Assembly: GCA_002346625.1 (NCBI GenBank)
Contig: DEAF01000010.1
Location: 9,601-73,600, forward strand
Direction of reading: 5' to 3'
Origin: Gemmatimonadales bacterium UBA2989
GTDB taxonomy: Bacteria > Gemmatimonadota > Gemmatimonadetes > Longimicrobiales > Gaopeijiaceae
Length of the DNA: 64,000 nucleotides
Below are positions 28,345 to 37,501 of the stretch, piece after piece (position 1 is the first letter of the stretch; every line of letters begins with the position of its first letter). The notes below the pieces were generated by a model. It searched no databases. It saw nothing but the letters and a program-made list of their open reading frames with translations, and had not been told where the DNA came from. A program made the position numbers and the translations under genes.

Positions 28345-28370
28345 CTATCCTGGGACAAACCCCAGGATAG
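28345..28370 (-). other. 10-bp perfect GC-rich stem-loop (CTATCCTGGG-N6-CCCAGGATAG) in the aroC 5' leader
   Basis: Read directly. On the minus strand it lies 109 nt downstream of the GT2 stop and about 22 nt upstream of the aroC ATG, just 5' of the SD. No U-tract follows it on the minus strand. Confidence 0.6.
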
Positions 28371-28478
28371 TTTGGAACGATAAACGGAACCCCCCCTAGA
28401 AGTCTACCCACAAGGTTTCCTGATCCGAGAGAAAACAATTATTACTACACAGACAAATTTTATCTTAATACATCAAGA

Positions 28479-29294
28479 TTATGGTATCCTGCTTTCCCAA
28501 GGTTGGATCTGGGGAGGACTCCAGGGCTCCAATTGGGAGCCTATAAGGTTGGATCGTAAGATATGGTAGATAGCCGCTAAACCATCCTTCCATGTGATCT
28601 TCTTTCCTTCAGCATAAGACCTGCCGTTATAGCTGATAGGCATCTCATATATCCTAGCCTTAGCCTTAGCAAGAAGAGCTGTAACTTCAGGCTCGAATCC
28701 AAATCGTTTCGCACTCAAAGGCAAGGACTTCAGTAAATCTGCATGAACAATCTTATAGCACGTTTCCATATCCGTAAGATTTAGATCGGTGAATATGTTA
28801 CTAAGTAGGGTTAGAAAACGATTGCCTATCATATGCCAAAAAAATAAGACCCTATGAGGCCCTCCCAGAAAACGTGATCCGTAAACAGCATCGGCCTTAC
28901 CTGATAGAATAGGCTCTATAAGCATGGGAAGTTCAAAAGGATCGTATTCTAGATCCGCATCCTGGATGGCTATTATGTCACCTGTGGCAGCTTCAAATCC
29001 AGCCCTCAAAGCAGCACCCTTGCCTTGATTAACTTCCTGAAACAACAAAACATTTATAACACCCTCTAACTTGAGATTATTGAGCAGATCACAAGTGCCG
29101 TCTGTAGAACCATCATCTATAACGACGATTTCGATATCTAAAGGAACCTTGTGAACACGCCGGATAATTTTATCTACAGTGTTGATTTCGTTGTATACGG
29201 GAATGATGACTGAAAGCTTTACATATTCCCAGACAAGATCAGAGTGTTCTTCGGATTTAATATCAAAAGATCTTAGTGCATTCATAGCATTCAT
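28479..29294 (-). CDS. Family 2 glycosyltransferase (polyprenol-phosphate sugar synthase-like)
   Basis: SVIIPVYNE, VVIDDGSTDGT and DADLEYDP motifs. Confidence 0.85.
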   Translation of the reverse strand: MNAMNALRSFDIKSEEHSDLVWEYVKLSVIIPVYNEINTVDKIIRRVHKVPLDIEIVVIDDGSTDGTCDLLNNLKLEGVINVLLFQEVNQGKGAALRAGFEAATGDIIAIQDADLEYDPFELPMLIEPILSGKADAVYGSRFLGGPHRVLFFWHMIGNRFLTLLSNIFTDLNLTDMETCYKIVHADLLKSLPLSAKRFGFEPEVTALLAKAKARIYEMPISYNGRSYAEGKKITWKDGLAAIYHILRSNLIGSQLEPWSPPQIQPWESRIP

Positions 29295-29307
29295 CCGAAA
29301 ATATGAG

Positions 29308-29940
29308 TTACTCTGGACGTTTGAGGATTTTCACTTCTCCAAGCAATGTGTAGGCTGGGCCCCACAATCTTCCCACAGGCCTCAAGGCTTCGCTGTCCAC
29401 AAATGAAGAGTCCCCAATAGTCGGAAGGCTTGGATCCAGACGAACTGCTACTACCTCGCCTATAATCATATTAACTCTACCAAGATCCACTTCCTTAAAG
29501 AGTTGACATTCAAAAACAGCAGGACAATTAGCTACATAAGGGGCTTCCACCGAATTTGCAGTAGCCACAGGCAAATCAGCAAAAACAAACTCATCCTGAT
29601 CAGGGGGCAAACTTGCCGAAGTTTTGTTCATAGCAGCCAAATGCATTTCAGTAACAACATTCACGCAAAATACACCCTGCTGGTGTATGTTCTGTAGAGA
29701 ATCCTTCGCAACACCACGTCGCGTGCCAATTGAAAGACTTACCAACATGGGTGAAGCAGATACAGCGGCGAAAAAACTGAACGGAGCGATATTAAGCGTA
29801 CCGTCTTGTCCTCTAGTAGACACCCAACCAATAGGTCGAGGAACCACTAGAGAAGTCAGGATCTGATAACGCTCAATCTCATCTATAGCATCGGTAGAGA
29901 TCACCCTGTGCTGGATATCCTCTGGAAATTCAGGAGTCAA
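29308..29940 (-). CDS. Flavin reductase-like (FMN-binding split-barrel) protein
   Basis: VVPRPIGWVSTRGQDGTLNIAPFSFF is typical of the Flavin_Reduct domain. Confidence 0.8.
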   Translation of the reverse strand: MTPEFPEDIQHRVISTDAIDEIERYQILTSLVVPRPIGWVSTRGQDGTLNIAPFSFFAAVSASPMLVSLSIGTRRGVAKDSLQNIHQQGVFCVNVVTEMHLAAMNKTSASLPPDQDEFVFADLPVATANSVEAPYVANCPAVFECQLFKEVDLGRVNMIIGEVVAVRLDPSLPTIGDSSFVDSEALRPVGRLWGPAYTLLGEVKILKRPE

Positions 29941-29944
29941 ATCA

Positions 29945-30679
29945 TCACCTCGAAGGAACCGTCAGTACTTGGCCAGGGAAGATACGGCTTCCTCGAATCC
30001 CATTTTCAATTCGAATTTGGGATACAGTACTGCCGTATTTCTGGGCTATTTCCCATATCGAATCACCGTTTTTAACTGTGTACCGCAATGGGCCAGAGAG
30101 TTTATTGTCAGATCTGTCCCTAGAAAGAAGTTTTTCCACGTATTCCCCGTATTGACGAGGGAACACTGCCACATGATAGTGGGCTGGTGCTCTCTCACGG
30201 GTAACCTCTAAAACTCCCGCCTTCTCCAAGTATAAAAGAGTGCTTTCAATCCACCAGCGACATTTTGAGATTCTACTCCTCCTAAAATCAACAGCCATGC
30301 CAGTAGGATGAACAGAAAGAGGAGAAGAGTTTCTTGGTTGATGAGTCACGGGCCTGGTAAGGCTTGTAACTACAAGCTTTTCTCCACATGCTCGGTGATA
30401 CTGATTTCCCAAACGATTAAGAAAAGTAGCTACTTCTGGACGGGCATAAGGAAAAGAAACACTATGAAGAGTATAGTCCTGATTAGGAAATATCCTCACT
30501 AGATAACCAGCTTCTACAAAACGCTCAACCTGCGCAGATGTAGCAATGAAGGTAAAATCATGATGCTTAGCCTGTTGGTGAACACGATTCACCGAAGCTT
30601 CAGAACCACCAAGACTCTGGCATTGAACTTGACCGAAGCCAAGTAATATGGAAACGGTGAGAACTATTGATAAACGCAT
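29945..30679 (-). CDS. Secreted LAS/M15-like zinc peptidase domain protein with C-terminal LysM domain
   Basis: Start moved to ATG 30679 (MRLSIVLTVSILLGFGQVQCQ signal peptide); the track's start at 30781 overlaps the sod gene. SVHPTGMAVDF matches the S-x-H-x-x-G-x-A-x-D zinc motif of VanY/M15 peptidases, and a later HYH is present. C-terminal LysM: YTVKNGDSIWEIAQKYG. Confidence 0.65.
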   Translation of the reverse strand: MRLSIVLTVSILLGFGQVQCQSLGGSEASVNRVHQQAKHHDFTFIATSAQVERFVEAGYLVRIFPNQDYTLHSVSFPYARPEVATFLNRLGNQYHRACGEKLVVTSLTRPVTHQPRNSSPLSVHPTGMAVDFRRSRISKCRWWIESTLLYLEKAGVLEVTRERAPAHYHVAVFPRQYGEYVEKLLSRDRSDNKLSGPLRYTVKNGDSIWEIAQKYGSTVSQIRIENGIRGSRIFPGQVLTVPSR

Positions 30680-30728
30680 TAGCCTCAATATCGTTTCTTT
30701 TTCAGATTTTGATAACCATTTAAGATAA

Positions 30729-31349
30729 TTACCCAATAGCTGAATTGAATTTTGAGGCAACCACATCCCAGTCAACAACATTCCACCAAGCGGTTATATA
30801 GTCCGGCCTCCTGTTCTGATAGTTTAAGTAATAGGCATGCTCCCATACATCTACGCCTAATATAGGATTTAGGCCTATAGAGACAGGGTTATCCTGGTTA
30901 GCCGTAGATATCACCTGGAGGTTGTCATTGGGGTCAACCACAAGCCAACCCCATCCCGATCCGAACTGTCCAGCAGCGGTTTTCTGAAAGATCGTCTTGA
31001 AGGCATCAAAAGATTCAAACGCAGTGTCTATTGCTTCTGCCAATGCCCCCGAGGGTACGCCACTGCCACCTGGCGTCATCACTTGCCAGAATATGCTATG
31101 GTTAACAAATCCACCGCCATTGTTGCGAACTGCAGTGCGTATCACCTCAGGTAAAGAAGACAGATCTTTTAGCAAATCTTCTCCAGTGAGATTATGAAGA
31201 TCGGGATAACTTTCGAGTGCAGTATTAAGATTGTTTGTGTAACCTTGGTGGTGCTTGCCATGATGAATCTCCATTGTTCGAGGATCGATGTGGGGATCCA
31301 GCGCATCATGATCGTACCCCAGGTCGGGAAGTTCAAACGGATATGTCAT
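30729..31349 (-). CDS. Fe/Mn superoxide dismutase
   Basis: Metal-ligand contexts [14 protein letters not shown] and DVWEHAYY. Confidence 0.95.
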   Translation of the reverse strand: MTYPFELPDLGYDHDALDPHIDPRTMEIHHGKHHQGYTNNLNTALESYPDLHNLTGEDLLKDLSSLPEVIRTAVRNNGGGFVNHSIFWQVMTPGGSGVPSGALAEAIDTAFESFDAFKTIFQKTAAGQFGSGWGWLVVDPNDNLQVISTANQDNPVSIGLNPILGVDVWEHAYYLNYQNRRPDYITAWWNVVDWDVVASKFNSAIG

Positions 31350-31405
31350 AAATTTCTCCTTATAATGGTCGTGTTCTTCTAGATCACAATCATCTGAATT
31401 TGTAC

Positions 31406-33106
31406 CTACCCTCTATCGCGTAGCCAAGGTTTTCTTTGAAAGTAGCTGTCAGTGAGCTCTTTTACCTTACCTGAGAGCAGAACCAAAGCTATTAGGTTAG
31501 GTAAAATTACGATGCCAAGAGCGACATCGCCTATCTCCCAAGCCAGATTCAGAGATATAACTGCCCCCAGAAAGTGCATGATCAGATAGACAACCTTGTA
31601 GGGTCGAATAGCATTTTCACCCATGAGATAGTTAGCACAACGATCTCCATAGTAGCTCCATGAAATAGCTGTAGAGATCCCGAACAGGAATACTGAGAAG
31701 ATCACGACATAGTGGCCCCAGTCTCCCAATGGAGACAATCCTTTTCGGAAAGCATACATAGTGAGAGGTGCGCCACTCTCAATTGCCATGCCATATAAAG
31801 ATTCGTAACTAGTACCAGACCCATCTACAGCTTCACCTCTCAAAGGGAAAATAGAGCCTGAAAAACGCTGTGTCATAGCTTTGTCGGTAAAAAGGTCATC
31901 CACCGCTACTTCATGCCATGCCACCAAAGCAGTACTCCCTGAAATGTGACTGCCATCCTGAACATTTATTTCGGCCGGAATCTCTTCTAAAGTAGAATAC
32001 CCTGATTGGGAATCTCCCGATACCCAACTGAGATCTCCGCCAGCAAGGGTAATCTCAGTGGAAATACGCTCTGTATAAACACCTGTTATGATGATGACTA
32101 ATGCTGTCATAGTGACAACAACTATGGTGTCAATGAAGGGCTCCAGAAGAGCTACCACTCCCTCAGAAACTGGCTCATCTGTCTTGGCCGCTGCGTGGGC
32201 GATAGGTGCTGAGCCCTGTCCAGCTTCGTTGGAGAAAAGACCCCTGTTAACACCCCACATCATCGTAACAAGAATAGCTCCGATCCCCGTACCAGCCACA
32301 CCAGCAGTAGGATTAAAAGCTTCTCTGAAAATAGTAGCAAAAGCTGGTATTACATCGCCGATATTAAGGAATATGATGACCAGCGCACCTAGCACATAGA
32401 TTGCAGCCATTAGGGGTGCTAGGATGCTCGTGATACGTCCAATCCGAGTTATCCCTCCTAGTATCACTGAGGCTACAACCGTCACAGTGATGACACCTGT
32501 AATCCACTGGGCAGTTCCAAAAGCAGTCCCAATTGTGTCTGCTACAGTATTAGCCTGAATGGCGTTTCCGGTCAGAAAAGCTGTAAAGCCTAGAGCGGTT
32601 GCAAAGAAAACACCCATCCATTTCCAGCCTGGGCCCAAACCTCGTTCGATGTAATACATCGGCCCACCGGATACAGTGCCAACTAACTGATCTGCTCCTT
32701 TATGAACCGATCTATAATATTGTGCCAATGTGACTTCAGTATACTTCGTTGCCATCCCTAAGACTGCCGTCACCCACATCCAGAAAAGCGCTCCGGGGCC
32801 ACCCCAGTGAATCGCTAGTGCCACCCCAGCAATATTACCAATACCAACTGTAGCTGAGAGAGCTGTGGTCAAGGCTTGGAAATGTGATACATCACCAGGA
32901 TCATTAGGGTCGTCATATCGGCCGGTGGCAACTGCCAGGCCATGACCAAAGCAACGAATTTGAATAAACCCTAGACGGAGAGTAAGGAATCCACCGACCC
33001 CTATTAGAGCTAAGATGACAATGGGGATACTATCATCACCCATAGGAATTCCCCATTCCCATACAAAAGCCCGCAGGCTACTGACTAGCTTCTCAAAGCT
33101 TTCCAC
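31406..33106 (-). CDS. Sodium:alanine (AGCS-family) amino acid symporter, long form
   Basis: AGCS-like polytopic sequence ([29 protein letters not shown]). GTG start with SD AAGGGAG. A hydrophilic segment of about 100 aa is inserted in the C-terminal third. Confidence 0.85.
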   Translation of the reverse strand: MESFEKLVSSLRAFVWEWGIPMGDDSIPIVILALIGVGGFLTLRLGFIQIRCFGHGLAVATGRYDDPNDPGDVSHFQALTTALSATVGIGNIAGVALAIHWGGPGALFWMWVTAVLGMATKYTEVTLAQYYRSVHKGADQLVGTVSGGPMYYIERGLGPGWKWMGVFFATALGFTAFLTGNAIQANTVADTIGTAFGTAQWITGVITVTVVASVILGGITRIGRITSILAPLMAAIYVLGALVIIFLNIGDVIPAFATIFREAFNPTAGVAGTGIGAILVTMMWGVNRGLFSNEAGQGSAPIAHAAAKTDEPVSEGVVALLEPFIDTIVVVTMTALVIIITGVYTERISTEITLAGGDLSWVSGDSQSGYSTLEEIPAEINVQDGSHISGSTALVAWHEVAVDDLFTDKAMTQRFSGSIFPLRGEAVDGSGTSYESLYGMAIESGAPLTMYAFRKGLSPLGDWGHYVVIFSVFLFGISTAISWSYYGDRCANYLMGENAIRPYKVVYLIMHFLGAVISLNLAWEIGDVALGIVILPNLIALVLLSGKVKELTDSYFQRKPWLRDRG

Positions 33107-33187
33107 TTGTACTCCCTTCTAGGGTAAGAAAACGAGGAAAATTGTGGGTGGATCGAGTTAGGGCAAGCCGAACCCAACAAAAAGTCG

Positions 33188-33535
33188 TCAATTCGGAAGC
33201 ATTTTGCCAAGAGGACGACCACCAAGAAGGTGGAGATGGAGATGATAAACCTCTTGACCTCCATGGTCCCTACAGTTGATGATAAGCCTATAACCTTCCT
33301 TGTCGATATAATCTTTTTCGGCAAGATTGGAAGCCACCCGGATCATACGTCCAAGAGTAGGTTCGTCTGACTCGGTTACATCGGCGAGAGTCGGCACAGG
33401 GTCGTTAGGTACAATCAGAATATGGGTTGGTGCTTGAGGTTGGATATCTCGAAATGCGGTTACCAGCTCATCCTGATATATCAATTCAGCCGACACTTCT
33501 CCACGAACGATCTGACCGAAAATAGTGTCTGTCAT
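33188..33535 (-). CDS. HIT-family (histidine triad) nucleotide-binding protein
   Basis: HLHLHLLGG histidine triad. 115 aa. Confidence 0.92.
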   Translation of the reverse strand: MTDTIFGQIVRGEVSAELIYQDELVTAFRDIQPQAPTHILIVPNDPVPTLADVTESDEPTLGRMIRVASNLAEKDYIDKEGYRLIINCRDHGGQEVYHLHLHLLGGRPLGKMLPN

Positions 33536-33683
33536 ACTATGTGCTCCTTGTCAATTCAGAACTTTTCGTTTTAATGAGATACAGATATAAGAGAAAAATG
33601 AATTACAAAATAGTCAAAACCCAAAACATCATATGTCAGCAACCCTGGGATCGGAAGACAAAGTATGGTGTAGGGATGTGCGG

Positions 33684-35114
33684 ATGAGCATTATAACTAG
33701 ATATATAATCCGTTCTCACTTGGGACCGTTTATCTTTGCGTTCTCAGCCTTAACTGGGCTTCTCTTTCTGAACGCTGTCGCTCAGCGTATGGAAAATCTT
33801 GTCGGGAAAGGCCTGCCGTGGAGTGTGATAGGAGAATTCCTTCTGCTCTCTCTGCCTCATATAATTGCTCTTACTCTACCCATGGCGATTCTTGTATCAG
33901 TACTCTACACCTTCAATGAGCTTACTGCATCTAACGAGATTACCGCTATGGCCGGAGGTGGAATCAAGCCCATACGAATGCTGACTCCTATTCTTGGAGT
34001 TAGTATCATCCTGGCAGGTGGAATGTTCTTTTTTAACGATCGAGTATTGCCAGAAGGAAATTACCGACTAAAAAACCTCATAATAGATATCGGGAAAAAG
34101 AGTCCGACCCTTGATCTTAGAGAGTTGGTCATAAATCAAATCCAGACGGAATCCAGATCTGGAACTGTATACCTACAGGCGGCTACTATCGACCCCGTCA
34201 CCAACGAAATGACTGAAGTGGTTATATACGATTTAAGCAACCCCTACTCATATCGAACCACTTATGCTCTCAGTGGGAAAATGGAATTTAACAAAGAACG
34301 TACTGACCTCTACTTAACTCTATATGATGGTGAAGTACGAGAAGTAGGATCTGATCGATCTGGCGAATTTAAAAGGTCTGAATTTAAAACTCAGATACTA
34401 CCCCTAAGAGGTGTTGGTGACCATTTAGAACGCCAACAGGAAGGAACTGTTAGAAGTGATAGAGAGATGTCTGTTTCTATGCTTTGGGATGCAATCAAAG
34501 AGAGAAATACAAGAATCAATCTTACCAAAGAGAGCAACTACGAACGAGCTCGAATAGCTCTCGATCAGACTCTTGGCTTAACTCCAGAGGGTTCACCAAA
34601 ACTTTATTACTCTAATGTTGATGAAAAAGGGAAAATTCCTGGGGAAGACTTCCTAACTGATAGCGACGAAATGACTCAGCAACTTACTGTGGCAGTTCGT
34701 CAGAATTATCAACAAATCTTAGCACTTAATTCTAACATCAATCGATTGTGGGTTGAGATTCACAAGAAATTTGCCATAGCATTCGCATGCATAGTATTTG
34801 TTTTAATTGGTGCTCCATTGGCAATCCGTTTTCCACGTGGCGGAGTTGGCATGGTAATCGCCATCTCAGTGGGTATATTCGCCGTATACTGGGCCGGACT
34901 CATTGGTGGTGAAAACCTTGCAGATGAAGGCATTATACCACCTTTCTGGGCTATGTGGGGAGCTGATCTGGCTTTTTTAGTTATCGGAATATTTCTAGTA
35001 ACACGCATGGGTAGAACAGGTGGCCATAGTCGAGGTGGAAGATTGGATGAAATCTTTTTCACCATAGGAGACTTTTTTCGACGTGTGATTAGACCGGAAC
35101 AATCATCAGCATGA
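33684..35114 (+). CDS. lptF: LptF/LptG-family LPS export permease (LptF-like, enlarged periplasmic domain)
   Basis: From ATG 33684 the N-terminus MSIITRYIIRSHLGPF matches the family's usual start; the track's ORF begins 17 codons earlier at 33633. Six TM segments. It overlaps lptG by 4 nt. Confidence 0.8.
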   Translation: MSIITRYIIRSHLGPFIFAFSALTGLLFLNAVAQRMENLVGKGLPWSVIGEFLLLSLPHIIALTLPMAILVSVLYTFNELTASNEITAMAGGGIKPIRMLTPILGVSIILAGGMFFFNDRVLPEGNYRLKNLIIDIGKKSPTLDLRELVINQIQTESRSGTVYLQAATIDPVTNEMTEVVIYDLSNPYSYRTTYALSGKMEFNKERTDLYLTLYDGEVREVGSDRSGEFKRSEFKTQILPLRGVGDHLERQQEGTVRSDREMSVSMLWDAIKERNTRINLTKESNYERARIALDQTLGLTPEGSPKLYYSNVDEKGKIPGEDFLTDSDEMTQQLTVAVRQNYQQILALNSNINRLWVEIHKKFAIAFACIVFVLIGAPLAIRFPRGGVGMVIAISVGIFAVYWAGLIGGENLADEGIIPPFWAMWGADLAFLVIGIFLVTRMGRTGGHSRGGRLDEIFFTIGDFFRRVIRPEQSSA

Positions 35115-36187
35115 TCCGCATACTTGACCTTCTCATCGCACGAACTTTCCTGCGCATCTTCGCTTTATTTATTATAGGTGCACCTCTGCTATTTATTATC
35201 GGCAACATCATTGAAAATGTGGACAGTTATTTCGAACGGGGTCTTACCGCCAAAGAAGTAGCCTGGGCATATGTTTACCAACTTCCAGAATATATATCGT
35301 GGTCGTTCCCTATCGCTGCCCTCATAGCAGCGGTATTTACAATACATTCTATGACACAGAATCGGGAAGTGATGGCTGCCAAAGCCGGGGGGATCTCGTT
35401 CCATAGACTCATGGTCCCCCTTATTGCTATGGGAATTGTCCTAGCAGGAGCCAGTCTCATACTCAATAATGCAGTTCCAATTGCAAAGCGACGTGCAGGA
35501 CAGATACTGAGAAGTGAAGATCCAAGTAAAAGTTGGCGAGCCGACTTCGTATTTAAAGCCGATGACGATAGAACCATCATGATACGGAGATTGAATGTTT
35601 ATCCCGCAGGTATGAATAACGTAGTCATGGAGGTTCCAAAAAAGCTGTCGCCAGAACAACCAGCAGAGCATATTTCTGCCAAAGAAGTATCTTTTGACAC
35701 GACCAAAGGATGGACTTTCAAAGATGGATATCTAAGGATTTTACCGGATGATCGTCCAGATTTGACTTTTTATTTTGATTCTCTGCGTGCACGAGGTTTC
35801 AGCGAGTATCCAGTTGATCTTTTAGAACAACCAAACGACGAAGATGAGATGACAGTAGCAGAGATTGATCGTATGGCAGCTAATATCAGTCGATCTGGAG
35901 GAAATCCTAGTGAGCTCCTCGTAAAGCGAGAACAACGCAAGGCTATAGCTGTTGCAACCTTAGTTATAATCCTATTTGGTGGACCACTGGCCACAAGCTC
36001 TCGGCGTGGTGGCACCGCTTATGGCATTGGTTTAGCCTTGGGGTCAACAATTCTTTATCTACTTATTTTTAGACTTTCCGGAGCTGCAGGGCAAACAGGT
36101 GTAATACCACCGCTTTTATCAGCATGGCTGCCTAATATAATTTTCCTGGTGTGCGGTCTTACTCTACTTAAACGTGTACGCACATAG
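35111..36187 (+). CDS. lptG: LptF/LptG-family LPS export permease (LptG-like)
   Basis: MIRILDLLIARTFLR N-terminus and YjgP/YjgQ topology. 358 aa. Confidence 0.8.
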   Translation: MIRILDLLIARTFLRIFALFIIGAPLLFIIGNIIENVDSYFERGLTAKEVAWAYVYQLPEYISWSFPIAALIAAVFTIHSMTQNREVMAAKAGGISFHRLMVPLIAMGIVLAGASLILNNAVPIAKRRAGQILRSEDPSKSWRADFVFKADDDRTIMIRRLNVYPAGMNNVVMEVPKKLSPEQPAEHISAKEVSFDTTKGWTFKDGYLRILPDDRPDLTFYFDSLRARGFSEYPVDLLEQPNDEDEMTVAEIDRMAANISRSGGNPSELLVKREQRKAIAVATLVIILFGGPLATSSRRGGTAYGIGLALGSTILYLLIFRLSGAAGQTGVIPPLLSAWLPNIIFLVCGLTLLKRVRT

Positions 36188-36240
36188 ATCTACCCCTTCA
36201 GAAGTCTAATGGAATAGATCGGTCATCCTAGAGAGAATTT

Positions 36241-37134
36241 TTAAGTAGTATCGAAATCTTCTAAGAATTTCAGAGTTAGTTGGCCACGGCATATCTCTTG
36301 AGCTGGTCCATTTAGAGTAATGCCAGATTCATCATTTAAGGTCACATTTAGAGTGCCTCCCTCCATGTTAACCTCATATGAACCAGGCTCACCCCTACCC
36401 GAATCAACTATAGCTGCTACAACAGCACAAGCAGATGTACCAGAAGCAGAAGTGGGGCCCACACCCCTCTCCCAAACGAGAACTTCTACCAATCCCTTAT
36501 CAATAATGCGTGCCAGTTGTACGTTGATTCCATCAGAAAAAGCACTGTGGTTTGAGATTAATGGCCCAATTTCATCTAATTTTTCATGCGACCAAATTTC
36601 AGGGAAAATCACAGCATGTGGATTGCCAATAGAAACAAGTTCTAGAAGATGCGATCCTGCAGAACCAAGATCGATTCGTCCTTCAGAATCGAGCGCAGCC
36701 AGATCTAGGCCTACCACTTCAGAACCATAAACTGGATAGCCCATATCTATTGATACGTTGTAGATACCCCTACTATCAAATCCAATAACATGTACCCTTA
36801 CAGTGTCTCCTCCCACCTCAACATCGAAAGGCTCATCCCCCACAATGCCCTCTGCAACCAAATACGATGCAAGAATACGTAATCCATTGCCACTACGTTC
36901 AAACTCGGAGCCGTCAGGATTAAACATACGAAGACGAAACGGCGGTCCTTTACGATCCAGAAGAACCACTACTCCATCACTACCTGGGCCCCTCCAACGG
37001 TCACAAACAACTGCTATACTCTCTGGTCTCATGACCCAATCATCACCTACTTCAAATACAATGTAGTCGTTGCCAAGGCCATGGCCTTTGAAGAATCTAG
37101 CCCCCGCTTTTAGGAAACCGTCTCCTGTGATCAT
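36241..37134 (-). CDS. dapF: Diaminopimelate epimerase-family protein (both catalytic Cys positions are Ser)
   Basis: FKGHGLGNDYIV N-terminus, FNPDGSEFERSGNGLR and VWERGVGPTSASGTSAC align to the DapF motifs FNADGSEV.QCGNGARC and VYERGAGETQACGSGAC. Ser81 (AGT, 36892-36894) and Ser231 (TCT, 36442-36444) replace Cys73 and Cys217. Confidence 0.75.
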   Translation of the reverse strand: MITGDGFLKAGARFFKGHGLGNDYIVFEVGDDWVMRPESIAVVCDRWRGPGSDGVVVLLDRKGPPFRLRMFNPDGSEFERSGNGLRILASYLVAEGIVGDEPFDVEVGGDTVRVHVIGFDSRGIYNVSIDMGYPVYGSEVVGLDLAALDSEGRIDLGSAGSHLLELVSIGNPHAVIFPEIWSHEKLDEIGPLISNHSAFSDGINVQLARIIDKGLVEVLVWERGVGPTSASGTSACAVVAAIVDSGRGEPGSYEVNMEGGTLNVTLNDESGITLNGPAQEICRGQLTLKFLEDFDTT

Positions 37135-37414
37135 TTAGAACCTATCTCAACATTAAACATTTCTAATCTAAGAATTCCCTTCTGCTGTCATTACATTTTC
37201 GTATCCGTCGTTATCCCTATTTTTATCTCATAGTTTCAATAACTTCGCCGAGATAAGTAGTGACTTCAACCTCAAGCATTACCTAAGATCATTTCAGAAC
37301 CTGAATTTATTATAGACTAGGAATTACAGATGTAATACACTAGCTTTTTTCAACAAAACAAAATCGGGATAATTTGTGGCCTATTGCGACCCGATATAAA
37401 AACGCTAACAAGCC

Positions 37415-37455
37415 AAGCCTCGACGCTGTGATTTTGCGGCGAGGCTTTGATTTTT
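37415..37455 (+). promoter_or_regulatory. Terminator-like hairpin plus U-tract inside the metH 5' leader (candidate attenuator / riboswitch expression platform)
   Basis: AAGCCTCG(ACGC)-loop-(GCGG)CGAGGCTT forms an 8-bp stem plus 3 more pairs, followed by TTGATTTTT. No plus-strand gene lies upstream that it could terminate. It is 47 nt before the metH ATG. Confidence 0.45.
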
Positions 37456-37501
37456 AGGAATTTCTTATGACAATCTACACGAGAGTTGTAAAACTTTTCT
37501 G

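Noticed and set aside
30680-30781. N-terminal 34-codon extension of the LysM/M15-like ORF
   Set aside because: It overlaps the 3' end of the superoxide dismutase gene. The internal Met at 30679 begins a typical signal peptide.
33107-33187. TGGGTTCGGCTTGC sigma-54-like sequence upstream of the AGCS symporter
   Set aside because: The GG-GC spacing is one nucleotide short of the canonical spacing.
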